A stretch of 64,000 nucleotides of DNA. Source: an uncultured Clostridia bacterium (lineage in GTDB: Bacteria > Bacillota > Clostridia > Oscillospirales > CAG-272). How positions within the stretch are numbered: the stretch's first letter is position 1; every line of letters begins with the position of its first letter. The stretch lies in NCBI GenBank assembly GCA_947588825.1, contig CANPZU010000003.1, positions 7,807 to 71,806 of the forward strand, given 5' to 3'. The position numbers and the translations under genes are program-made. This document shows positions 56,163 through 64,000 of the stretch, piece by piece. Under the pieces are notes generated by a model. That model made no database searches. It was not told the origin of the DNA and saw only the letters and a program-made list of their open reading frames with translations.

Positions 56163-58283
56163 ATGAATCTTCAACTGTCACGTCGACCGCTTTGTCTGCT
56201 GCTTTCGGTCTTTCTTCTCTCATTTTTTATATGCAGTCTCTTCTTTTCCAAACACAAGCTGCTGATAGCCGGAGCCGTAATACTACTATGCCTTATACTA
56301 AAGGTCATCGTGCGTAAAAAGGACAAATACGCACTTTTGTGCATAATCCTTCTTCCCATTGCCTTCTCGCTTGTTTTCAGTTATTTTTCCTTTGACCTCT
56401 CCTGCCGCGAAAGAGCGTATTCCGTCTCGGGCAGGCAAAGGCAGGCCACAGCGGTGGTAATTGAAAAGGTCGGCGATTACGGCTATCTTGTCAACTATAC
56501 GGCATACTTAAAATACTCTGATAACGACACCGCCAACATGAAGGTAAGACTTGTGACGCACTTTGCAAGCGATTACAAAACGGGAGACCTTTTAAATATA
56601 ACAAACGCCAAAATAACTCCGAGCTTTACACGTCTTTCGCTTGAGGACGGCTATGATCTGTCAAAGGGAGTGCTGTGCGAGGTCAGCTGCGACGTTGAAA
56701 ATCAAGTCGAGCTTGAAAAACACGATATTTCGCTTTTTCCTTACACGCAAAGCGCAGCCCTGCGCGCTAAACTTTCAATTATACTTGCAAGATACCTTGA
56801 CGGCGACAGCCTCGCTCTTTCAAAGGCGTTGATATACGGCGATAAAAGCTCTCTGAGCGGCGATATTAAAAACGCGTTTTCCGCTTTGGGCATTTCGCAC
56901 GCTCTGGCGATAAGCGGGCTTCACCTTGGCATCATTATGGGCTTTTTGTCGGCGATACTTGAAAAGCTGCGCCTTTCAAAGGCCGCAAGATCGATTGTAA
57001 TTCTCGCGGCGGGACTGCTTTACGCCTTTATCGCTGGCCTTTCACCCTCGGTATGCAGAGCGTATCTTATGTACTCGATATACATACTCGCCGAATTTTC
57101 AAGAAGGAGACGCGATCCTCCTACAACTCTTATAACAGCGGTGAGCCTAATATGCCTTGTATCCCCGAATTCCGTTTTTGATATAGGTCTTCACCTTTCC
57201 TTTTTCTCCACCCTCGGCATACTCACAATGGCCACGCGTGTAACACGGAAAATAAAAAAGACCGTACGCTTTCGTTTTGTAAACTATGTGCTTTCAGTAT
57301 GTGCCGTGACAGTGTTTGCAAATCTGTTTATTCTGCCCTACAGCATATACTGCTTCGGATACATATCCCTGATATCTCCCGTTTCAAATCTTCTCTTCCT
57401 TCCGCTTATCACACTTATGGTGTATCTTGCTCCATGCATCATTATTTTTTCATTCGCTCCCTTTATCGCATCGGCAGTGGCAAAGGCGGTAGAGACGGTA
57501 AGCACTATTATACTTTTTTTGTGCCGAGAATCATATTCTCTCGCACAGGTCTTTTTGCTGAGTTTTGAAAACGGCTTTGCAAGATTTGCCGGGATATTTG
57601 CATTAACGCTCATAATTTTATGTCTGCTTTTTCTGAAGCGCAAGCACCTGTGCCTTATTCCGTTCGGGCTTTATTTAATATCGGTGATGTGCGCCTATGT
57701 AGCCTGCTTTGCTCTCTCATACAACAATCTCTTTATAGTTCACATTACAAACGGACGCTCCGACGCTCTTTCCTTTGTATACGAAAACCGCGCCACGCTT
57801 ATTGAAAACTCATACAGTGACTATTCTTTTCTATCCGGCGCCATCGACTGCACACAAAATGACGGAGTGACAAAGGTGAATCGGGTGGTTATAACGCATT
57901 TTCATGAGAACACGCCGTCCACCCTGAACGAGATACTCTCAAGCTATCCGAACATTGAAATCTTAGTGGTCTTTTCAAACGATTCCGACACGGCTTACTC
58001 CATTCAAAGCAGCGCCGAAGCGCACGGCGTCGACATATGCTTTTGCAGCTATGAGGAAACGCTGGAGCTTGATTACTGTACGCTTACTGTAAACGCAGCT
58101 TACGGCCATTCCTCTCATCCCGAAATATCGATATATTTTAAAAGTAAAAACATAACCCTTTCATACTTGGCAATCGAGAATAAAACGCAAGCTCAAATAA
58201 ATCTTGCTCCCGTTCATGGCGTAAAATACGAAAAGTATGCCGAAATAAAAAAGACGGTAGTGTACAAAGAGAAGCTTACATAA
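56163..58283 (+). CDS. comEC: ComEC/Rec2 family DNA internalisation channel protein
   Basis: The 706-aa polytopic protein carries the competence-domain signature ALGISHALAISGLHLGI. A soluble C-terminal domain occupies the position of the metallo-beta-lactamase domain. Confidence 0.85.
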   Translation: MNLQLSRRPLCLLLSVFLLSFFICSLFFSKHKLLIAGAVILLCLILKVIVRKKDKYALLCIILLPIAFSLVFSYFSFDLSCRERAYSVSGRQRQATAVVIEKVGDYGYLVNYTAYLKYSDNDTANMKVRLVTHFASDYKTGDLLNITNAKITPSFTRLSLEDGYDLSKGVLCEVSCDVENQVELEKHDISLFPYTQSAALRAKLSIILARYLDGDSLALSKALIYGDKSSLSGDIKNAFSALGISHALAISGLHLGIIMGFLSAILEKLRLSKAARSIVILAAGLLYAFIAGLSPSVCRAYLMYSIYILAEFSRRRRDPPTTLITAVSLICLVSPNSVFDIGLHLSFFSTLGILTMATRVTRKIKKTVRFRFVNYVLSVCAVTVFANLFILPYSIYCFGYISLISPVSNLLFLPLITLMVYLAPCIIIFSFAPFIASAVAKAVETVSTIILFLCRESYSLAQVFLLSFENGFARFAGIFALTLIILCLLFLKRKHLCLIPFGLYLISVMCAYVACFALSYNNLFIVHITNGRSDALSFVYENRATLIENSYSDYSFLSGAIDCTQNDGVTKVNRVVITHFHENTPSTLNEILSSYPNIEILVVFSNDSDTAYSIQSSAEAHGVDICFCSYEETLELDYCTLTVNAAYGHSSHPEISIYFKSKNITLSYLAIENKTQAQINLAPVHGVKYEKYAEIKKTVVYKEKLT

Positions 58284-58291
58284 TTTCAGAC

Positions 58292-58343
58292 GCGCCCTCT
58301 CATAATATTTTAAAGTTTAAAGTATTGTGAGAGGGCGCTTTTT
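58292..58343 (+). terminator. Intrinsic terminator after comEC
   Basis: The stem GCGCCCTCTCA / TGAGAGGGCGC (11 bp perfect, 25-nt AT-rich loop) is followed by TTTTT. Confidence 0.7.
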
Positions 58344-58388
58344 GTCCTGCCCTCTTGCATGCGACTCTCAAAAGGAGATAATAGTTTT

Positions 58389-61300
58389 ATGTTCAGCCTT
58401 GATAAAAGAGATACGCATAAAGATGTTTCTCTTGGGAAAACCGTAAAAAAGCTTCTTGAAAAAAACAACTACGCACTTTCTCCCGAGGAGCTTACCGAGC
58501 TCTTGTCCAAAGAAAAAATAAGAAACGAGAGAGAAATTTTTAAGATACGGCAAACCATCGAGCGAATATACAAAAAGGCCGTAAAAAACGGACTCGTCTG
58601 CACAAGCGCGGTGCAAAATGCAATAAACAAGTATCGCTGCTTTGACTATGAAAAGCTTTACTCTTCCATATCCGAGGTGTGCAAAATTCTGAGCGAAAAC
58701 CCGGTATACAGCTTATCCGCCTCGTTTACAAAAAATCAGATACGGCGACGGGTTCTTTTACACGCGAAACTGCACAGAATAAAAGAAACCGAGAGCGCCG
58801 CCATTTTTTCATTAAAAGAGGACTGCGGAATCGTCAATAAAAAAAAGAAAGGGATTATCTTTCTCGTCGGGGCTTTGGTTATATCGGCGCTCGCCGGACT
58901 TGTTTTAAAATCTCCCGCGTCGGTAATAATATCCTTTTTTCCCATTCTCGCACTGCTTTCTCTCCTGTTTGAATCGGTTCGAAAAAAAGAAAGCTCTCCC
59001 TGTTCAAACATAAAAGATCTTCCAAAAACGATGCTTCTCACCTTATTTGACGCCTCAAAAGCGGACAAAGTATACCGTTATTTTGAAAGGCTCATCGCTC
59101 TTGCGGATAAGCCGAGCCTTGTTTACTGCGCGGTGCTTATGCTGCCCGACAGCCGCAGCCTTACCGAACAGTCGGACGACGCTGTAATACGCAAATTCAG
59201 GCAGGAAAGCGAAAAGCTTCAGAAAAAATATTCGGACAGATTTTGTTTTTATATACCGAAAAGACAATACGTTCCCGAGCGCAAATGCTATTCTTCGCCT
59301 AAAGGCAGATACCTTATACTTCATGAGCTCATGCAGTGCGATTCCTCGTTTGACATGTGCCTTGGCGCCGAGAACAAAAACCAAACGGCCTACACTCTCA
59401 TTCTTCCGTACGAAGTCGAACCCGACTCAAGCTGCATTAATAACCTGATATGCGCCATGAGCCACAGAATGAACCGTCCCGTCATACTTTCAAACAGACT
59501 TGAAGGCGGAAAAGGCATGATCTGCGGAAGGGTCAAAGGCTACATTTCGCAAAAGCGCTCTACTCTCGCGCGGGTATCCCGCCACCTTGAGCATGAGGAG
59601 TACGCGCCCGTGATAGTCGACAACGGCGCATTTTTACTTCTTACCAAAAAAGACATGCCCGAGGATGAGATAAAGCACCGTCTTGAATGCGGATACGCAG
59701 ATTACGCCCTCTCCTACATCAGGGTCTCCTCTTTTGATCTGCGCGCTCCCGAGCTCGCTTTTAACCCTTACCCGCATAGTCCTTTCGTCTGCGAGCGAGG
59801 ACTTGTTAAAGAGAGAGTAATCAATGTTCTTCGCGTTTTATCTCCGATAATGAGCTTTGTCATGATATTTTTTTCAAGCGCCTTGAAAAACCCGTTATAC
59901 TATCTTTGTCTTGCTGTCATGCTTTCTCTTTTGCCTTATGTGAACATATTGTCTCAAATGTTCGGCAACCTCAAAAAAGGAAGAACTCACAAAGGAATGT
60001 CCGATCTTTGCGATTTTCTGCTTGCTTCCTTTTTGGCTCTTTCAATCATACCGTTTATGTTTTTCGAAGGAGGATATCATGCGCTGAAGTCGCTGATATT
60101 TAATAAAGGCGCAAGCGACAAGAAAAAGGACAGCGCCAAAAATTTCTTTACGCTCACTCTCTCGGGACTCGGAAGCGGAATTTTGCTTTTGAGCATCGGA
60201 GCATATCCTTTACTTGCCTTTATGTGGCTTGTCGCACCCATTTTTGTCATGTATCTCGGCACTGTGCGCTCAAAACAAATACTAAAGCTGCCAAAACTGA
60301 TTAATATTCATCTTAAAGGGGCGCATGATTATATCATGGGTCAAGGCAGAAAAGAAAACCTCCCTCCCGCCGGCAATAATAAAAAAGGCGATAACGTCTC
60401 ACCGAGGGATATCGGTCTGTATCTTGTATCCCTCTTGGCATTCTGCGATATGGGAAAGGAGAGCCTTCCCTCCTGCTATCCTTTGATATCGGACGCCCTT
60501 ACTTTTGTGGAAAGACTGCCCACCTCATACGGACTGTATTATGATTCCTACTCGGTAAAAGACCTCTCTCCCGCCGATGAAAAAACATTGAGCGCCATGG
60601 AAAACGGATATTTTATCACATGCCTTATTTCACTTTGCGAAGGACTGAGGGAGAGCTTGCCCGAGGATGATATTTTAATCTTACGGTGTGAAAAGCTCAT
60701 AGAGCGGGCCGAGCTTGAGCGGGTATGCAAAAGCTGCTGCATGAGCGAAATATCCGCTCTCCCCGCCTATTTTCTCTCCTGCGGCGCAAAAGGCTGTGAC
60801 GCTCTTGCGACGGATACTTGCATTGGCGCGCTCTCCGAAAGCGGAAGCGCGGAAAGTTATATGTTTCCCTTTCTCTTTTTGCCCGTCTACCCCGACACTC
60901 TCTTTTCGCGCACGATAAATACCGCCTTTGCAAAAAACATCTCCTTTTCAAGAAACGGACTTTGGGGCGTGACCTCCTGTCATACCGGCAAGCTCGACAA
61001 CGACATGAACCATATTTATTTGGAAAACGGGATATCCGCCCTTTCACGAGCTGCAAACGAGTCAAGTGCAGTTTACTCTCCTTACGCCGCTTTTCTTTTC
61101 CTGCCGCATTTTAAAATATCCTCGATTTCACTTTTACACGCCTTCAGGAAGGAAAGGGCGATGGGAAAATACGGCTTTTACGAGGCGGTGGATTTCACCT
61201 GTTCCGAAAAAACGGTAGTGCGGTGTTATAAATTCTCACATCTGTGCATGTCGGTGATATCCGCGGCAAACTACGCGCTTGACAATATCTTTGTAAAGCG

Positions 61301-63956
61301 TTTTTGTCAGAGCAAATATGCAAATCCCTACCTTTATCTTTTGCGCTGCGACAAAGAGGCGCGATTTGCTAAGTTCAAGGTTTCAGAGCTTATACCGCGT
61401 TCAAGTATCGATAAGCAGAAAAAGGAAAAAGAATGTGCAGTACCGAGACTGTGTCTTGTCGGAAACGAGTCGCTCTCATTTTACGCCTCCTCGGTAGGTC
61501 ATCTGATGTTTGTTTCAAGGGGCGCGGCGTTGAGTTCAGACTGCTTTAAAGAGTACGATATGAAAAACACCCTTGACTCGGTTCGCGTCTTATTCAGTAC
61601 GGAAAAGGCGCTCTACAACGCTCTTGACGGAGAATTTGATTACAACGGAGAGTACGCGCGCTACCTTTCAAATCATTCGGATATCGTTTCAAACACCAAA
61701 ATAATAATAAAAAAGGATTCGGCGGTCTGTGAAATCCGACTTACGGTAAAAGGCGCTTTCAGCAAAATATCCGCATGTTTGGATTTTAAGGCGACAAGCG
61801 ACGTCTCATCCCGCGAGGGACATTTTTTGCAGAAGTCTCAAGAGCTTTGCGTACTCTACACTACAAAAAGCAAATCCGTTCTGTCAAAAGACAAAGAGCG
61901 TTTTAAAATAAACGTGAAGGAAGAATGTCCCGACGGAGTGTTTATTTGCTCCTTCTTCATAAGCCTTGCATCGGATGAAAAAAAGGCTTTGTCGCTTATC
62001 TGTCCGGCTGAGATCTCAAGCGACGTTTTTGCAGAAAGCATCGAAAAGGAGGCTCTGCTCGCCTCTGTGCGATTTAAGGCAGGCAGAGTCAGAAACGGCG
62101 AGCCGGTAAGTCTTTCAAAGCTGCAAAACTTTGAAAATACAAATGTAATATGCGCAATTTGCCCCGAATCGCTTTGCAATGTCTCACTTCTTTCCACTCT
62201 GTCAAAAATCGTAAGCGAGTTCTCAATGTGCGGACTTCCTCTAAAGCTTGCCGTAATATGCAAATATAATAAAGCACACTGTAAAATACTTCCTTATCTG
62301 TCTTGTGAGGATATTGTACTTGACCTTAACGAATCTGATGAAGAACTGATAAAGGCGCTTGCAGCCTTCGCGGCGATGTATATTGACGAGGAGGATTTTC
62401 TCTCGCCCGAGAACTTTTTCAAAGAGGTGATGAACGGCGTACGGTCGATCGACGACTGCATATACCAAAAATTCACTCACGTGTCAAGACCGGCTCCTCC
62501 CTCCTGTTCCCACAAAACCGAAAGCGGCTATATAACTGATTCCAAGGCGGTTTTTTACAAAGAATCCCTCTCTTATGCAATAGATTTTTGCATCGGGCGC
62601 AAAATAAAAGTCAAGCTTTCAAGTGAAGGGCTGACGGCGCTGTATTGGGACGACCGTCCGTTAACGAGCTTTATACGGCTGTGCGTGCGTATTGACGGAG
62701 TAAAATACGACCTTATATCATCATGCCATACCGTTGAAAAAAGCGACGGACTTGTGAGCTTTGACGGAAGGATAAACGGGCGGGATGTAAGGTGCGAAAT
62801 CTTTATGGACGACGAGCTTTCACTTGTGGTAATACGCGTATACGGAGAAGGAATGGAAGCGTGTCTTGACCTTGCGCCCTACTCTCCGCGTTCGGACCCG
62901 AGACTGTGCCGCATAATTACCGAGGGCGATTCTACCCTGTATCGCTCGATATGCGAGGGCTTTTATTCAAATAATACCCTGTTTGTCTCAAAGCCCTGCA
63001 AGAGATTTGACAAGCAGATATTAACAGTCGGCCTGTACGGCTCTTCGCCGCACGTATTTTACGAGGCGAATGAAAAATACTCCTGCCCTTCGGGCTGCGA
63101 GGGACCCGTGGCATACGACCCCACAATAAAGATATACGGTCCGCTCAAGGAATGCGACCATTTGGTCTGCCACAGAATCCCCGAATTCTTCGGCGGGCTT
63201 TGCCTTGACGCAAAAAAGCGAATATACGGCTTTCCGGTGCTCGCCGTTACCGACCCCCAGCTTTTTATCAAAACGCTGCGAGAGTATGCGGCGTCCTGCA
63301 AAATTAACGGGGAGGATTGCATAATAATGGCGGCCGCAATCGCTCAGTGCTTTAAAACGAGCTCGGACGATCTTTTTCTCAGAGAAAAAGTGCCCTATGC
63401 AGACAGCGATATAAAAGAGAGTCTGTATATGCACGGAATAAGAGCGATCGAAAACTACAAGGGAAAAAACGATCGGGGAGGACTTATTCGCTATCTTGTA
63501 TGCAAAATGTATGAGCCGGTATGCCGTCACATGAACGAAAGCCTGGACGTTCCCGAAATAGATCGGGACTTAATTTCAAAGGACGCTCCGCCCTTTTTTG
63601 AACTTTGTCTGCTCATGCTCGATGGCAACACCTCAAAAGCTCTCTCAAAGCTCACCTCCCTTTGCCCGGGATACGGAGAAAACGATCCCACCCTTCTTGG
63701 AATTTTCTATATGATATATCTGCGATTTGTCATAGGCATTGAGGATTACGGCGACCGATTCACGATTAAGCCGAGGCTATGCTCTCTTTTGCCCTCATTT
63801 AAAATGAGCTATTTAAAAGGCTCCTCGAAATTTATAATATCCGCCTCGATCGCCGACAAAGATCTGACCTGCCTTGACAAAATCCCGTATGAGGGGGACT
63901 TCTATTTTGACAACAACTTTCACACCATCGACATCAGCACAAAAAAACGCTCGTAA
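58389..63956 (+). CDS. Giant multi-pass membrane protein, cyclic beta-1,2-glucan synthase (Cgs/NdvB)-like architecture, highly divergent
   Basis: The ATG at 58389 follows AAAGGAG. The 1855-aa protein has TM clusters around residues 165-205 and 480-640. A block between them (LMLPDSRSLTEQSDDAVI...KKYSDRFCFYIPKRQYVPERKCYSSPKGRYLILHELMQ) is collinear with the GT84 block of Cgs. After the second TM cluster come VSPRDIGLYLVSLL, GLYYDSYSVKDLSP...SAMENGYF and YGFYEAVDFT, which resemble the glucoamylase-like domain of Cgs. The assignment comes from remembered consensus only. Confidence 0.5.
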   Translation: MFSLDKRDTHKDVSLGKTVKKLLEKNNYALSPEELTELLSKEKIRNEREIFKIRQTIERIYKKAVKNGLVCTSAVQNAINKYRCFDYEKLYSSISEVCKILSENPVYSLSASFTKNQIRRRVLLHAKLHRIKETESAAIFSLKEDCGIVNKKKKGIIFLVGALVISALAGLVLKSPASVIISFFPILALLSLLFESVRKKESSPCSNIKDLPKTMLLTLFDASKADKVYRYFERLIALADKPSLVYCAVLMLPDSRSLTEQSDDAVIRKFRQESEKLQKKYSDRFCFYIPKRQYVPERKCYSSPKGRYLILHELMQCDSSFDMCLGAENKNQTAYTLILPYEVEPDSSCINNLICAMSHRMNRPVILSNRLEGGKGMICGRVKGYISQKRSTLARVSRHLEHEEYAPVIVDNGAFLLLTKKDMPEDEIKHRLECGYADYALSYIRVSSFDLRAPELAFNPYPHSPFVCERGLVKERVINVLRVLSPIMSFVMIFFSSALKNPLYYLCLAVMLSLLPYVNILSQMFGNLKKGRTHKGMSDLCDFLLASFLALSIIPFMFFEGGYHALKSLIFNKGASDKKKDSAKNFFTLTLSGLGSGILLLSIGAYPLLAFMWLVAPIFVMYLGTVRSKQILKLPKLINIHLKGAHDYIMGQGRKENLPPAGNNKKGDNVSPRDIGLYLVSLLAFCDMGKESLPSCYPLISDALTFVERLPTSYGLYYDSYSVKDLSPADEKTLSAMENGYFITCLISLCEGLRESLPEDDILILRCEKLIERAELERVCKSCCMSEISALPAYFLSCGAKGCDALATDTCIGALSESGSAESYMFPFLFLPVYPDTLFSRTINTAFAKNISFSRNGLWGVTSCHTGKLDNDMNHIYLENGISALSRAANESSAVYSPYAAFLFLPHFKISSISLLHAFRKERAMGKYGFYEAVDFTCSEKTVVRCYKFSHLCMSVISAANYALDNIFVKRFCQSKYANPYLYLLRCDKEARFAKFKVSELIPRSSIDKQKKEKECAVPRLCLVGNESLSFYASSVGHLMFVSRGAALSSDCFKEYDMKNTLDSVRVLFSTEKALYNALDGEFDYNGEYARYLSNHSDIVSNTKIIIKKDSAVCEIRLTVKGAFSKISACLDFKATSDVSSREGHFLQKSQELCVLYTTKSKSVLSKDKERFKINVKEECPDGVFICSFFISLASDEKKALSLICPAEISSDVFAESIEKEALLASVRFKAGRVRNGEPVSLSKLQNFENTNVICAICPESLCNVSLLSTLSKIVSEFSMCGLPLKLAVICKYNKAHCKILPYLSCEDIVLDLNESDEELIKALAAFAAMYIDEEDFLSPENFFKEVMNGVRSIDDCIYQKFTHVSRPAPPSCSHKTESGYITDSKAVFYKESLSYAIDFCIGRKIKVKLSSEGLTALYWDDRPLTSFIRLCVRIDGVKYDLISSCHTVEKSDGLVSFDGRINGRDVRCEIFMDDELSLVVIRVYGEGMEACLDLAPYSPRSDPRLCRIITEGDSTLYRSICEGFYSNNTLFVSKPCKRFDKQILTVGLYGSSPHVFYEANEKYSCPSGCEGPVAYDPTIKIYGPLKECDHLVCHRIPEFFGGLCLDAKKRIYGFPVLAVTDPQLFIKTLREYAASCKINGEDCIIMAAAIAQCFKTSSDDLFLREKVPYADSDIKESLYMHGIRAIENYKGKNDRGGLIRYLVCKMYEPVCRHMNESLDVPEIDRDLISKDAPPFFELCLLMLDGNTSKALSKLTSLCPGYGENDPTLLGIFYMIYLRFVIGIEDYGDRFTIKPRLCSLLPSFKMSYLKGSSKFIISASIADKDLTCLDKIPYEGDFYFDNNFHTIDISTKKRS

Positions 63957-64000
63957 ATCAGCCGTATTTTCTCTATCTGTTACAAAATATTTATAAATCG

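Noticed and set aside
1-64000. A search for mobile elements, prophage remnants, toxin-antitoxin pairs, tRNA/rRNA genes and a dif site.
   Set aside because: I saw no transposase, integrase or recombinase motifs, no inverted terminal repeats flanking the accessory-looking genes, and no cloverleaf-like GC-rich intergenic segments. I found no match to the remembered Firmicutes dif consensus. This was by-eye inspection only; tRNAscan-SE, ISfinder or BLAST could overturn it.

Overview
This 64-kb segment looks like the chromosome of a spore-forming, anaerobic Bacillota (Clostridia-like) organism. I call about 50 tightly packed CDS, 37 on the minus strand and 13 on the plus strand. I recognised no rRNA, tRNA, CRISPR array, transposase or integrase. 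Most of the window is core housekeeping. The core genes are scpA (partial), an S2P protease, lysA, engB and lon; a DAK2/yloV gene; and rpoB-rpoC standing alone. They continue with rpsT and the classic tatD-rluD-lspA-ileS-divIVA-ylmH-yggT-sepF-yggS block. The remaining core genes are miaA, rlmA, queA, dapA-dapB, a stand-alone sigG, pdaA plus a second deacetylase, a malic enzyme, hup and comEC. A TM1266-type regulator with hydE-hydG-hydF is also present; no hydA lies in the window. Five parts are less ordinary. (1) A compact minus-strand four-gene cluster (38911-44970) encodes two ABC half-transporters that each carry an N-terminal cytoplasmic module ending in a CxxC...CxxC zinc ribbon. They bracket a small DUF1854-like protein and are followed by a nuclease-fold-like hypothetical. 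A perfect-looking 8-nt tandem repeat array sits immediately 5' of the small gene's RBS. (2) A 1855-aa multi-pass membrane protein (58389-63956) shows the block order of cyclic beta-1,2-glucan synthases but has degenerate glycosyltransferase motifs. (3) A structured, roughly 165-nt leader with a terminator-like hairpin and a possible competing pairing precedes the hydrogenase-maturase operon. (4) An orphan Fe-S hydro-lyase beta subunit is translationally coupled (ATGA) to an XRE-HTH/TPR-like regulator. (5) The comEC C-terminal metallo-beta-lactamase motifs look degenerate. All functional calls come from motif recognition by eye and from remembered family consensus sequences. No database search was run, and start codons were chosen by RBS inspection.
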